Shown piece after piece: positions 38,701 through 47,584 of a DNA stretch of 64,000 bases. The position numbers were made by a program, and so were the translations under genes. The notes under the pieces are model-generated. The model ran no database searches and was not told the DNA's origin. It saw only the letters and a list, made by a program, of their open reading frames with translations. How positions within the stretch are numbered: the stretch's first letter is position 1; each line of letters opens with the position of its first letter. The stretch is from Candidatus Latescibacterota bacterium (lineage in GTDB: Bacteria > Latescibacterota > UBA2968): positions 5,312,001 through 5,376,000 of the forward strand of contig OZ242320.1 of assembly GCA_965208125.1 (NCBI GenBank). Reading direction: 5' to 3'.

Positions 38701-39097
38701 GCGCCTTCACAAGCCCCTGTTGCGCCGCTTCCTCAAAAAACGCGATAGCAGCATCGGATTGCCCTCTGCTGCGCTCAACCAATCCCTGTAACATCGCGAT
38801 ATCGCCACTTTCGGGCATCAGTGAACGCGCTGTCTTCAAGTCATTTGCAGCCCCGTCGTAATCCCCGCGCCGCAACCGCAACACCCCGCGATTTGCCCAC
38901 GTAGCAGGCTCGTCGGGTTCCATTGTAAGAGCACGGCTCAAACTGGCATCTGCCCGATCAAAAGCACCTACCTCCAGCGCAAACACACCCGTATAGAATG
39001 CAGAAATATAATCCGCGCTCGGCGTAGCCATCTTCTCCTCTCCGCATCCAAAGCCCAACACCATCAACAACCCGATCGTGCGACGAATATCAAGCAT
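35777..39097 (-). CDS. Large lipoprotein: TPR + FG-GAP repeats + ASPIC/UnbV + uncharacterised C-terminal domain
   Basis: Lipobox-like 'LGFGC'; TPR 'P....WANRG.L.LR.G.YD.A'; DxDxDG loops; 'VHFGLG....D..RI.WPNG'; 'KGSCP', 'E.WET.F.D...L.AVDHP', 'GFPAGK.KT', 'GWVKD.D.NT'. Confidence 0.85.
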   Translation of the reverse strand: MLDIRRTIGLLMVLGFGCGEEKMATPSADYISAFYTGVFALEVGAFDRADASLSRALTMEPDEPATWANRGVLRLRRGDYDGAANDLKTARSLMPESGDIAMLQGLVERSRGQSDAAIAFFEEAAQQGLVKAQYALMKELERRGGGGSEQEVWAQLETLIKQVPDNSVLWVERARQAGKRGDEEALRASVEKLSEWVGGWPDAAQVQLRSLQGEMEGGSEVALQTMFLHNVLLRDPVYRRALDALIVPAERLGDPVVEFLKFNAPQAMPAPADLNMHFEPEPVAGLEGSDWQVLKPFWSKEEVEVVAASASQVWGMEGIALDFPGVSEMGGMLTVDWNNDFALDLALVGTEGFRLFRRTEDGEVEDVTGSIGLEEEMAGVWGADIEMDGDVDFVLGRFDGSPLVLQNNGDGSFVAQEPFSNVDGLRGFVWVDCDGDGDPDAAMLDREGQLIEAINERAGVFTPGAKRAVNGIAIGAGDLDRDGRVERVILDRDGAVIAVSQGEIRKIIQSDSTVGSVPIFIADLDNNGALDLVFGKRAYLASEMAYHSLDLKARVTGVADLTDDGRLDLLGVSDAGEALQLVNQSDLAYHWQAIRPLGGKALGDGRINALGLGAEVELRSGAFYQKQVVTDPVVHFGLGTYTGADLVRIVWPNGMPQVEFDLEVDQVVRAVQRLKGSCPWVFAYNGSEMGFVTDFLWRSPLGMRINAQVVAGIAQTEDWVKVRGDQLVAQNGVYDIRITGELWETHFVDWVSLVAVDHPEGTSIFVDERFARVSPSLEIYATTQPRPFAIVKDDRGRDVTDRVRVRDGQYVDTFERGAYQGVTREHYVEVMVGDEVPKEGPLWLVGQGWIHPTDSSINVALGQGSHPPPQGLSLHVFDGTDWRVVHPDLGFPAGKRKTVLIDLSGVFSRDVPRKFRLQTNLEIYWDRLAWAVPLEDSVMTVQSVPLEHARLRYRGFSQVAETDASSPEVPNYHALGGTSQMWRDLVGYYTRYGDVEPLLAQVDDRYAIVNAGDEIQLQFEALPDPGKQIRDFVLKGDGWVKDGDYNTAFSTTVLPLPAHGVLTYDRAPETLEDDPVFKRNAGDWQRFHTRYVTPDWFDHALRNDRR

Positions 39098-41078
39098 TGT
39101 GCTCCTTCCATCCCGGTATCGAAATATCCATCCGCCGCTCAGGCGCGTAGATCCTATCGCCCTTATAAGGCGTATCCTGCGTCAGAATATAAATCGCGCC
39201 ATCGTGTACATACGTAATCTCATCCCGCGGATCTCCCACCACATCCTCCACAACCCCACCCGCCCAATCAAACGGCATGCCCTCGCACACGGGTTTGATC
39301 ACCTTGCGACACTCTGCATCGTAAAACCCGAATGACTCCGCGCTGGTACTGATAAACAACAACTCTTGCCCATCGCCTGCCCAGTTCACAGCCGGTCCCC
39401 CCTGGCTCATGTTATCCGGCTCCATCCGGGACAGCGGATCCCCCTGCCCACTCACCAGATTCATAATCCCATAAGTTCCCCATCTGTCGCCCATCCACAT
39501 CTCTAACCCCGGCAAATCGGGTCTGAAATTCCCCGCGTAAATCCCCTGCACATGCCCATAGCGGAGGTGACTCAACAAAGTGCCATCCCGCGCATCCACC
39601 AGGAAAAACCCCGGATCGCTCCCCGCAATCCCGACCTCTGGTCCATTGCTCTCATCCCCATCCAATTCTCCAAAAGAAGCGTGGTCAATATGCCCTGCAC
39701 CGCCAGAATCCTCAATGTACTCCGCCCCCTCCATTGTCCAGAGATGATTTCCATCTCCATCGTACAAATCGTAACCGGGCAAAATTTCATCCCGCCCGTC
39801 GCCATCTACATCGTAAAACCAGATATACATCCCGTACCACGCATTGTGCGCATCCTGTCGCCAGCGCAAATTCAAATTTTCGTCAAATGCCCAGATCGAA
39901 TACCCTGTGCCCGCGCCATCGCCATCTCGCAAAATCAAATCCTGCGCCTTCTCCGTCTTTCTAATTTTACACGGCCAGATCACCCTGAGCGAATGCAAAA
40001 CATCTCCCATGCTCGCATTCCTGTATCCCCGATACGGTCCCGTCCTCGGCAGTTCTGTTTCCGCTGTCACCTCACCCGATTCTCCACTCACCAACTTTAA
40101 CCGATCATCCTCAATACCGATAAAGTCCTCTACCCCATCTCCATCCAGATCGTGAACCTCAGACCTTTGCAACCCTTTTGCAGCGGGAAAAGTCCGATCG
40201 TATTGCACTTCCCCATCAAAATTCAGGCACACGACGCGCACGCCTTCATCCGTCTCCTTTTGCAACACAATTTCCTTTTGCCCCGCCCCTCTAAAATCGC
40301 CGTATCGAACCCCACACGGCCAGAACTCGCCAATGTCAATCCGCTTCCACAGCACGGGCTTCGGATACTTCTCTGCCTCCTCTGCCACCTCTTTTTCATA
40401 GGCGTCCAACCGACTCACATACGCGGCATTGCCATATGCACTCGTTGTAACGCGCACCGCGCGCATGCGACTTCGCGTATTTGTACGCACGCCCACCTTC
40501 CCTGTCGGAAAGCGATCGTCATAAGCCACAAATGCCTGCTCCCCATTCACATAACACGCAAACCGCTCGCCCTCACACACCACTTTTAGCGTGTAATACT
40601 GTCCCCTATCAAATCCGTTGGGCAGATCCGCCAGCATAGTCCACGCCTCGTCTTCTCTTCGATAGAGCACAAACCGATCAAACCCCTCCATACAAAAATA
40701 ATAATACCGCCTCAAATCTTGATACCGCACCATAACCCCCGACCGGGCGACAATCGCATGGGGGTCGTCATTGCCCGGCTGGGTATATGCGTTCAACTGC
40801 CGCACCTGTGCTTCCACCGTGTAATCCCCCCACAGCGGCTCGCCCGCCACCAGGCACCGATCCGACTTGGCAGTGTGCTCCAACACCTCTGTGTCGTCAT
40901 CTTTCACCACCCGATAATTACTCAGCATATTCCACTTAGGGGGCGCGACCAGCGCATTCCCCCAGCCCTTGAAATATTGCTCCTCGATACTCTGATCCGG
41001 TTCTGTCTTATCCAGCACCGTACCCAGCGGACATCCCGCCAGATCAATCTCCGCCAGCAATCGCTCATTGTTTGCCAT
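39090..41078 (-). CDS. DUF1080/ConA-like N-domain fused to Ca-binding beta-propeller (PL11/YesW-like); likely start 41078
   Basis: 'W.DYTVEA.V','G...RY.D...YY','Y.LKV...G......VNG......D.....GKVG'; 'DLDGDG','DVDGDGRDEI','GHIDH','GHVQ...GNFRPDLPGLE','DV.GDPRDE'; no signal peptide. Confidence 0.6.
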   Translation of the reverse strand: MANNERLLAEIDLAGCPLGTVLDKTEPDQSIEEQYFKGWGNALVAPPKWNMLSNYRVVKDDDTEVLEHTAKSDRCLVAGEPLWGDYTVEAQVRQLNAYTQPGNDDPHAIVARSGVMVRYQDLRRYYYFCMEGFDRFVLYRREDEAWTMLADLPNGFDRGQYYTLKVVCEGERFACYVNGEQAFVAYDDRFPTGKVGVRTNTRSRMRAVRVTTSAYGNAAYVSRLDAYEKEVAEEAEKYPKPVLWKRIDIGEFWPCGVRYGDFRGAGQKEIVLQKETDEGVRVVCLNFDGEVQYDRTFPAAKGLQRSEVHDLDGDGVEDFIGIEDDRLKLVSGESGEVTAETELPRTGPYRGYRNASMGDVLHSLRVIWPCKIRKTEKAQDLILRDGDGAGTGYSIWAFDENLNLRWRQDAHNAWYGMYIWFYDVDGDGRDEILPGYDLYDGDGNHLWTMEGAEYIEDSGGAGHIDHASFGELDGDESNGPEVGIAGSDPGFFLVDARDGTLLSHLRYGHVQGIYAGNFRPDLPGLEMWMGDRWGTYGIMNLVSGQGDPLSRMEPDNMSQGGPAVNWAGDGQELLFISTSAESFGFYDAECRKVIKPVCEGMPFDWAGGVVEDVVGDPRDEITYVHDGAIYILTQDTPYKGDRIYAPERRMDISIPGWKEHNA

Positions 41079-41149
41079 GTCATCCTCTCCCAAAAAATGA
41101 AAATTACATCGACGCGGTGTCTCCTATCCCGCCATAAATAAATCTAAAA

Positions 41150-43096
41150 TCAAAATACATGCACCACATGCCCCTGTCCCGGAAACCAGACCATATCCAC
41201 CACAAAAGACAGCGTTACTGCCAGGGCATATCCAACCAACAGACCGATAAAAAAAGGCTGCCACTGGCGGTACAACACCATCCCCCCTCCCTTTAGCAAC
41301 AACCCCTTGATCGCCCAAACCAGAAAGGCTGAAAACGCCAGTTCTCGTGTAAAATTAGTGCCGGGAATGGTCAGCCCGATCGGGTGAAGCGGCCACCTCG
41401 GAAACCGGTAACGCAAAAAACTCAGCAGTCCCATCAGCGCGGCACCAATTCCGAACAACATCAGTCGAGTACTGTCCGTACCCTGTGGTGTCTTCATCTT
41501 GGCAACTGCCGCATTAAACGCCGCTTTGTTCCCACTTCGATAGGGCCACACATCAAAATGATAGGCTCCGTGGACATAGGCCAGATGAAGCGTTAATACA
41601 AGCGACACCACTGCACTCAGCGCCAGACCAAATACCACGGCCCAGAGCAGAAGGCGTCGATTGCCACGCACAAAATCTGCCAGCCGAGCTCCGTGTACCA
41701 ACCCGGGCATAAACAGTCCCCGGTAGGAAACCAGCGCATAGGAAAATGCCAATGCCGTCATCGTCGCCCCCGACAGAGTACGCGTACCCAGAGTAGCCAT
41801 CGTAAAAGCCTGACCGCTCAATGGGGTGCGCACATAAATCAGCCCTGTCTCCGCCACGATCTTGGCTACTCCCACATACGTCACCAGCGTTGCTAAAACA
41901 CACAGAATGGCTGCACCATAGGCCATCCCCGCCGCGTGTAGCCACAACACCAGATAACCCAGTCCTATAAACATCCCCCATACCGCCGCCCGGTAGCCCA
42001 TCATCTCGTCCGAATCTCCGGCGTTCCGATCCCCTCTAAAAGCACTGCGGAATGCGGCGTAAAAGTGCCTCCGGGCCATCCACAATCCCCAGCCCACAAA
42101 TACGGTCAACGCCCCGAATCCCTCCCAGCCAGCCACCTCGTATGACGAGCCCCAACTATCGGAAATCTTCAAATCAAATCCCAGCCGTCTTAAGATACCC
42201 ACCTGGAATACATTCAACACATAAAAAAACCAGACGCTAAACAACACTTCCAGATTGGCAAAATACACAAACCCGATCGTGAACAGATTGAGCTTGATCC
42301 GGATTCCAGGAAAATTGCGGCCCAGTGGTAGTGACGTTCCAGACCGGTAACTGCCCGTGGGAAATTTAGGCACCCCAGGATAAAAATACGACAGGATGTT
42401 CCAGGCAATCATCCCAAATCCCGTCACAGCGCCCGCCCAGAACAGCCTTCCCCCAATCATCCGTATCCCGTGTTTCGGTGCCGAGACCAGATCTACCGCT
42501 ACATTTGCCAGCGGATAGACCAATCGCTCGTGATCCACCCACTGCCGCCGCAACAAAACCGCCAGACAAATCGATACACACGCCGCTGCACCGATAAAAC
42601 TCAGCCACCAGAGCAGTGGTAAAACCCACTCTCCCCACGGCACAGCCTGTCCGGGCGGCAATCCCTCAAAAAACCATGTCATTGCCCGCCCGTCTTCCGA
42701 GGGCGCCATCCACGGTCTGATGTGATTGTGCAGATAAGGCGCCCACCCATTCTCCGGCGTAGCAAAATAAAATGGTGCCGCAAGAATCCCCAACAAATAT
42801 CCCGGTAGTCCGTCCGCCGCCGGAATCACTGCACTGGCCAACCCCATCGTCAATGCCACCAGCAAATCCGAACGCCCGAATGCCCACTCGGGTTTCTGCG
42901 CTTTGAGCACCGGATTCACAATCAGGACACACAGTACAAAGGGGACAAATAGGGCCAGCGCAAAATTACTCATGTTCAACCGGGAGGCCCGCACAATAAA
43001 CTCAGAATAAGTAGCCCAAACGCTCACCAGCACCACAAAAAACGCCCCCAGTACCACCGCACGAACCTTAAACTGATCGTCTCGCACCTGCCCCAT
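41150..43096 (-). CDS. DUF6785/DUF6784-type multi-pass membrane protein (putative transporter), paralog 1
   Basis: 'RAV.LG', 'PFYFATPEN.W', 'RRQW...ERL.YPL', 'YFAN..VLFS.WFF', 'AKIVAE.G', 'WPLHPIG', 'K.GG..LY....PFF.GL..G'. Confidence 0.75.
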   Translation of the reverse strand: MGQVRDDQFKVRAVVLGAFFVVLVSVWATYSEFIVRASRLNMSNFALALFVPFVLCVLIVNPVLKAQKPEWAFGRSDLLVALTMGLASAVIPAADGLPGYLLGILAAPFYFATPENGWAPYLHNHIRPWMAPSEDGRAMTWFFEGLPPGQAVPWGEWVLPLLWWLSFIGAAACVSICLAVLLRRQWVDHERLVYPLANVAVDLVSAPKHGIRMIGGRLFWAGAVTGFGMIAWNILSYFYPGVPKFPTGSYRSGTSLPLGRNFPGIRIKLNLFTIGFVYFANLEVLFSVWFFYVLNVFQVGILRRLGFDLKISDSWGSSYEVAGWEGFGALTVFVGWGLWMARRHFYAAFRSAFRGDRNAGDSDEMMGYRAAVWGMFIGLGYLVLWLHAAGMAYGAAILCVLATLVTYVGVAKIVAETGLIYVRTPLSGQAFTMATLGTRTLSGATMTALAFSYALVSYRGLFMPGLVHGARLADFVRGNRRLLLWAVVFGLALSAVVSLVLTLHLAYVHGAYHFDVWPYRSGNKAAFNAAVAKMKTPQGTDSTRLMLFGIGAALMGLLSFLRYRFPRWPLHPIGLTIPGTNFTRELAFSAFLVWAIKGLLLKGGGMVLYRQWQPFFIGLLVGYALAVTLSFVVDMVWFPGQGHVVHVF

Positions 43097-45232
43097 TTAT
43101 TTTACCTCAATGCCCCTCAACGCCTCAATTCGCCAGCCAAATTCCTCCTCCAATTCTTTTGTCCATCCCCGCTTTAGAAACGCAATCTGCCCCTCCCTGT
43201 TGAGAAACCAGGTTGTGGGAAAGCCCTGAATACCTGCTTTATTCACATATCCATCATCGAGCAAAACCGGAAACGTGTAACCCTTTTTCTCCATCCACGG
43301 CGGTACCGACTCTGGAATGCGATCATTATTAATCGTCAAAATCGCCACATCTGGATCGTCCTTATAATGCTCGTACAAACTCTGAAACTCCGGCATCTCT
43401 TTCACACACCAGCCACACCATATCCCCCAGAAATTGATCGCCACGACTTTGCCCTTCAAAGAAGACAGTGATACTTGTGTACCTTTTAATGTCTTCAAAT
43501 TAAACGCAAGAGGAGATTCTGGAGCCTCCATCCGGGCAGATAGGACCTCCTGTTTTCGCGTCTCTCGATCTGTGGCTATTAAAGGTTTTAAGTAATCTTC
43601 GTACCCATCCAAACTCCCGTGTCGCTTCAAATAGAGTGACTTTAGAGCCTGGTCATTGGGATTTTCACCTGGCGATAGAATGACTATACCCATTTTATAA
43701 AATATTTCCGCCTGATCGAAATTGTCCATCGCCTCGTAAACCTGACCCAAATGGTAAAGTGTGCCCTCATCTTTGGGATTCAGTTCATAGGCACGCATCA
43801 ATTCTCGCTCGGCATCTTCCAAACGCCCTTCCTGAAAAAACACCCATCCGAGGGCATCCGCCATCAACCCGGTCATCCAGTTTATGTCTTGTTGATACTC
43901 TTCTTCTGAGTCGTAGTACTTCCTCTGATCTTTCAGAAATTCCTGCGCTGCCACAACACCATCCCGGGCAATCTGCTCAGCCTCTCGATAATACGACGTG
44001 CGTTCCGCCAGCGTCATCGCACCTCTTGGAAATATGAGATGCGGGTTGAGGTTCTCATATTTAACCATACCCTGCACCACATCCAAGAGTTCTTCTGCCG
44101 ATACCGTAGAATCCTCCCGAATAGAATAGAAAAGATTCAGATATGCATCTCCCAGCAGTCGATCATTATGGTGTCGGGACCGCGCGATAAACGCCCGCAA
44201 CAAGTTTCGATACGCCTCCTCTTGCTCGAGATCCTGGAAATCTTCTTCACCAGCATCCTCCTCCATCGCGCGATAGCGATACACCAGCACCCATTCCGCC
44301 TCTGCACTTTCGCCATAGGTACTGAGGATGCGGTCCCCAACCATTTTTTTCTTTTCCTCGAGTTCCAGACTTCGATAGGCATTGTACAATGCCAGCAAAG
44401 AAGCCGCATCTCCCCCACGCGCATTTACAAACATATCGGCATCAGCTTCTATCTCTGCAATTTTCTCTGATAAAGGTTTATTCTTGAGTCGCTGAATCAT
44501 TTGCCAGAATCGCTGATGTACTTTTGCATCTGTGAGTGCCAGTTGGGCCGCTTTTTGGTATAGCGGATAGGCTTCATCATAACGACGCATCACAGTCAGA
44601 TAATAAGCCGGTCGATAATAGGCATTTGCATTGCCGGGATCGGCTTTGCGCGCTTCTGCAAACGCCTTTAGACAAGCCTCAAACTTTTCCGTGTTTTTTC
44701 CTCTCTCAGAAGTATAGTACAGGGCATTTCCCTTAACGACCAGAAGCCTGGCTGGATTCTCGACTCGCATTTTATACTCATCCACAAAGGTAATCGCATC
44801 CTCTTTATTGCTTCCATACAGCACATCCGCTCTCGTATTTATGACATCCGCATGGTCGGGTAACATCTCCATGGCTTTTTCACTGGCTAAAAGAGCCTCA
44901 TCCATGCGCTCTTTACCAAGTCGATCAAGTGCGCTCGCAAGCGCGACCCAACCCCACGCGCTATTTTCAGGAGATGCGACCATCTCTTCAGCGGCGGCAA
45001 CTGCTTCCGCTTTATTCTCCGCTGCCATGTGATGGATAAACCACGCGCGCAGATGCAAATTATCCGGAAACCGCTCAACCAGTTTTTTCCCCTCGACATA
45101 TCCATCTTTATGATTCCGTATTATTCGCAGAGATCTCAACCTCGCAATCGCCTCTTCTGCTGTATCTTGCCCTTGAATGGGAATTGGACACAAACAAAGA
45201 AATAGAAGATATAGGCCCCATCGATTGATCAT
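43097..45232 (-). CDS. Exported TPR-repeat protein with C-terminal TlpA/AhpC-TSA thioredoxin domain
   Basis: Signal peptide; TPRs ('DALGWVFFQ.G....AE..L..A..L.P'); 'F.L..L.G..VSLS.LKGKVV.INFW..WCGWC..EMP', 'FPTT'. Confidence 0.85.
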   Translation of the reverse strand: MINRWGLYLLFLCLCPIPIQGQDTAEEAIARLRSLRIIRNHKDGYVEGKKLVERFPDNLHLRAWFIHHMAAENKAEAVAAAEEMVASPENSAWGWVALASALDRLGKERMDEALLASEKAMEMLPDHADVINTRADVLYGSNKEDAITFVDEYKMRVENPARLLVVKGNALYYTSERGKNTEKFEACLKAFAEARKADPGNANAYYRPAYYLTVMRRYDEAYPLYQKAAQLALTDAKVHQRFWQMIQRLKNKPLSEKIAEIEADADMFVNARGGDAASLLALYNAYRSLELEEKKKMVGDRILSTYGESAEAEWVLVYRYRAMEEDAGEEDFQDLEQEEAYRNLLRAFIARSRHHNDRLLGDAYLNLFYSIREDSTVSAEELLDVVQGMVKYENLNPHLIFPRGAMTLAERTSYYREAEQIARDGVVAAQEFLKDQRKYYDSEEEYQQDINWMTGLMADALGWVFFQEGRLEDAERELMRAYELNPKDEGTLYHLGQVYEAMDNFDQAEIFYKMGIVILSPGENPNDQALKSLYLKRHGSLDGYEDYLKPLIATDRETRKQEVLSARMEAPESPLAFNLKTLKGTQVSLSSLKGKVVAINFWGIWCGWCVKEMPEFQSLYEHYKDDPDVAILTINNDRIPESVPPWMEKKGYTFPVLLDDGYVNKAGIQGFPTTWFLNREGQIAFLKRGWTKELEEEFGWRIEALRGIEVK

Positions 45233-45271
45233 AATACACCTCCTTGAATGACTTCTGCAACACCATCACCG

Positions 45272-46234
45272 CTACTCGGTTTGTCTCGGCGACCAGCGAG
45301 GCGCAGAGACCTCCATATCCACAGAAACTTCATGCAAATCTGTGCCATCGACATTCATCATCATCAACCTGTGTTCCAGGCCATCCTGTCCCTCAAGGGT
45401 TCGCCGCACTTCAAAAGCAATCCTCTGACCGTCAGGAGACCAGGTAGGAGAAACAAAAGCCACTGTGGAATTTGCCTCCCGGGTCAACCGTCGCACCATA
45501 GCCCCATTGGAATTCATAGTATAAATCTCGCATTCTGGAAACTGATTCCGCACCTGTGGTTGATGTCGATTTGACGCAAATGCAATGCGCGTTCCATCAG
45601 GTGACCAGGCCGGGTGAATATTCTGAACACCATTAAAATCCGTAAGCCTGATCTGGTTAGAACCATCTGAATCCATAAGAAAAATGTCGATATTTTGCCC
45701 TTGAAGCGATTGAAAAGCAATCCTGCGCCCATCGGGTGACCAGTCCGGTGCTTCATCACTACTGGGAGAATTTGTCAGATTTTGCAATCCTGTACCATTG
45801 AGGTTGACTGTATAGATATCCCATCTATCTCTATTATCCTTCTGCGCCTGAAAAGCGATCTGTCCACCATCGGGAGACCAGACTGGACCGAGGTCGGGAC
45901 CGGGCAAATCGACCACCTTCTGTATGTCCCCATCCTCCAGGTTAAAAATATAAATAGCGTAATTTCCCACGGCATCCCGGTTTGAAGCAAATGCAATGCG
46001 CCGCGCATTCGGAGACCAGGAGGGATTGGTATAGCCTCCCTGCTCGCTCGTAAGCCTCATCAAACCTTCGCCATCGGGACGCATCACAAAAATTTTGAAT
46101 GTCCTGAAATCTCCCGGTCCCACAAACGCAATGCGGCCCTCAACAGTTGAATAATCGGAATCCAGCAGACCGGTGTTCCCTGCACAATGAAGCAGGGGAA
46201 AAAACAGAAGATACAATATCCACTGATTCCTCAT
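45272..46234 (-). CDS. TolB-like PD40 beta-propeller lipoprotein
   Basis: Lipobox 'LLHC'; five 'P.WSP[DN]..[RQ]IAF' repeats plus terminal 'PRWSP'. Confidence 0.88.
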   Translation of the reverse strand: MRNQWILYLLFFPLLHCAGNTGLLDSDYSTVEGRIAFVGPGDFRTFKIFVMRPDGEGLMRLTSEQGGYTNPSWSPNARRIAFASNRDAVGNYAIYIFNLEDGDIQKVVDLPGPDLGPVWSPDGGQIAFQAQKDNRDRWDIYTVNLNGTGLQNLTNSPSSDEAPDWSPDGRRIAFQSLQGQNIDIFLMDSDGSNQIRLTDFNGVQNIHPAWSPDGTRIAFASNRHQPQVRNQFPECEIYTMNSNGAMVRRLTREANSTVAFVSPTWSPDGQRIAFEVRRTLEGQDGLEHRLMMMNVDGTDLHEVSVDMEVSAPRWSPRQTE

Positions 46235-46258
46235 AGCACACCTCCTGCGCGGCTGATG

Positions 46259-47563
46259 CTATGCTGGCGCGCCATACACCAGAATTTTCCGCCGGTCGTA
46301 AATCAGCACCTCATCTCTTCCATCCCCATCCAGATCCAACACCATTGCGCCATATCCGATCCCATAATCATAAGCCCGAAATCCCCGAATGCGCTGTTTG
46401 GGCTGTTTGAAATCCTCTCGAAAGGGAAATTCCATCACCCGGTTGCCGTCTCCATCCATCAAAAACGGCCAGTAAAGATGTGTATCTTCCGGCTCGCTAT
46501 GGTATGGCACATCCTCCTGTTGCTTCTTTAAAGCCGGGGCATAAATCACCAGATCCAGTCCGTCATCCCGCCAGCCGCGCGCAGCGTGTTGCGCGTATCC
46601 CACACCGGACTTTTGCCACAGTGCCTGTCCATCGGGTGTATAACACGTCATCCCAATCCACTTTTCGTTCAAAATCATCGTCTGCCCATCTATATCACTG
46701 CGAAAACGCCCCACCGTCGTATTCTGCGAATGCTCATGAGGCCGTCTCCATATCACCTCGCCCTGCGTATTCGCCACAAAAAAATCCCGGCTACCCGAAT
46801 ACGCAATCTCAATCTCCCCATCCCCATTGAGATCCACCGGATTGATATTGTCTGCATGCTCTGCCGTGGCATTTTCCACTGGAATCGACCACAACAAAGT
46901 CCCGTCGCTATCTACCAGATTATACCCGATCAACATCTCGTCACACCCATCGCCATCCACATCAATCAACACCGGCGCATGCCCTGCCCCGTGATAATGC
47001 GGCGTCATCCACAACTCCGACAAATCGCTATCCAGAACATAAGTCGGATTGCCGTATTCATAAGGCGGATAAGCACCATCATTGACTTTCACAACCAATT
47101 GCTGCCGCGTCGAATCGCCCTTCAAATTCCCGGCCTTCACCTGGGCAAAATTATCTGTCGGCAACTTCTTCTCCGCCTGCACCTCGCCCGTTTCCCCGTC
47201 AAAAACCGTCAGCACATCCCACACAATCGAAACCACCTCCGCCTTCCCATCGCCATCCACATCAGCAGTGATAAAATCGTTGCCCCCATGCGCGCAGTAA
47301 GGATCTGCTCCCCGATGCGGCTCGCCCACCTGCCACAGTTGATTGCCCTCCTGGTCAATCGCCGTAATGCAGAACAAATGACGTTCCTCATCCGTATTCC
47401 ATCCCCGCTCAATATAGAGATCCGACTTCAACTGCCCCGGACTCTGCCGCAACAAAAACTCCATCTCTCCATCACCATTCACATCCGCCACAACCATCTG
47501 CCCGCCAATACCTTCCACATCCAGTTCCCACAGCAACCGCGCCTCTCTCCGTGCATCACCCAT
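46259..47563 (-). CDS. Ca-binding beta-propeller protein (FG-GAP/PL11 YesW-like), no signal peptide
   Basis: 'DVNGDG..E','DVDGDG.AEV','GAGH...IDVDGDG.DE..IGY','EHAD','DLNGDG','EHSQ....G.FR.D..G','DLDGDGRDEV'. Confidence 0.6.
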   Translation of the reverse strand: MGDARREARLLWELDVEGIGGQMVVADVNGDGEMEFLLRQSPGQLKSDLYIERGWNTDEERHLFCITAIDQEGNQLWQVGEPHRGADPYCAHGGNDFITADVDGDGKAEVVSIVWDVLTVFDGETGEVQAEKKLPTDNFAQVKAGNLKGDSTRQQLVVKVNDGAYPPYEYGNPTYVLDSDLSELWMTPHYHGAGHAPVLIDVDGDGCDEMLIGYNLVDSDGTLLWSIPVENATAEHADNINPVDLNGDGEIEIAYSGSRDFFVANTQGEVIWRRPHEHSQNTTVGRFRSDIDGQTMILNEKWIGMTCYTPDGQALWQKSGVGYAQHAARGWRDDGLDLVIYAPALKKQQEDVPYHSEPEDTHLYWPFLMDGDGNRVMEFPFREDFKQPKQRIRGFRAYDYGIGYGAMVLDLDGDGRDEVLIYDRRKILVYGAPA

Positions 47564-47584
47564 ACTCGGCCTCCTTTAAATACA

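Noticed and set aside
33167-39097. Calling this an enediyne biosynthetic cluster
   Set aside because: No PKSE, thioesterase or E3 homologue is visible in the window
45272-46234. tolB
   Set aside because: No TolB N-terminal domain and no tolQRA/pal neighbours
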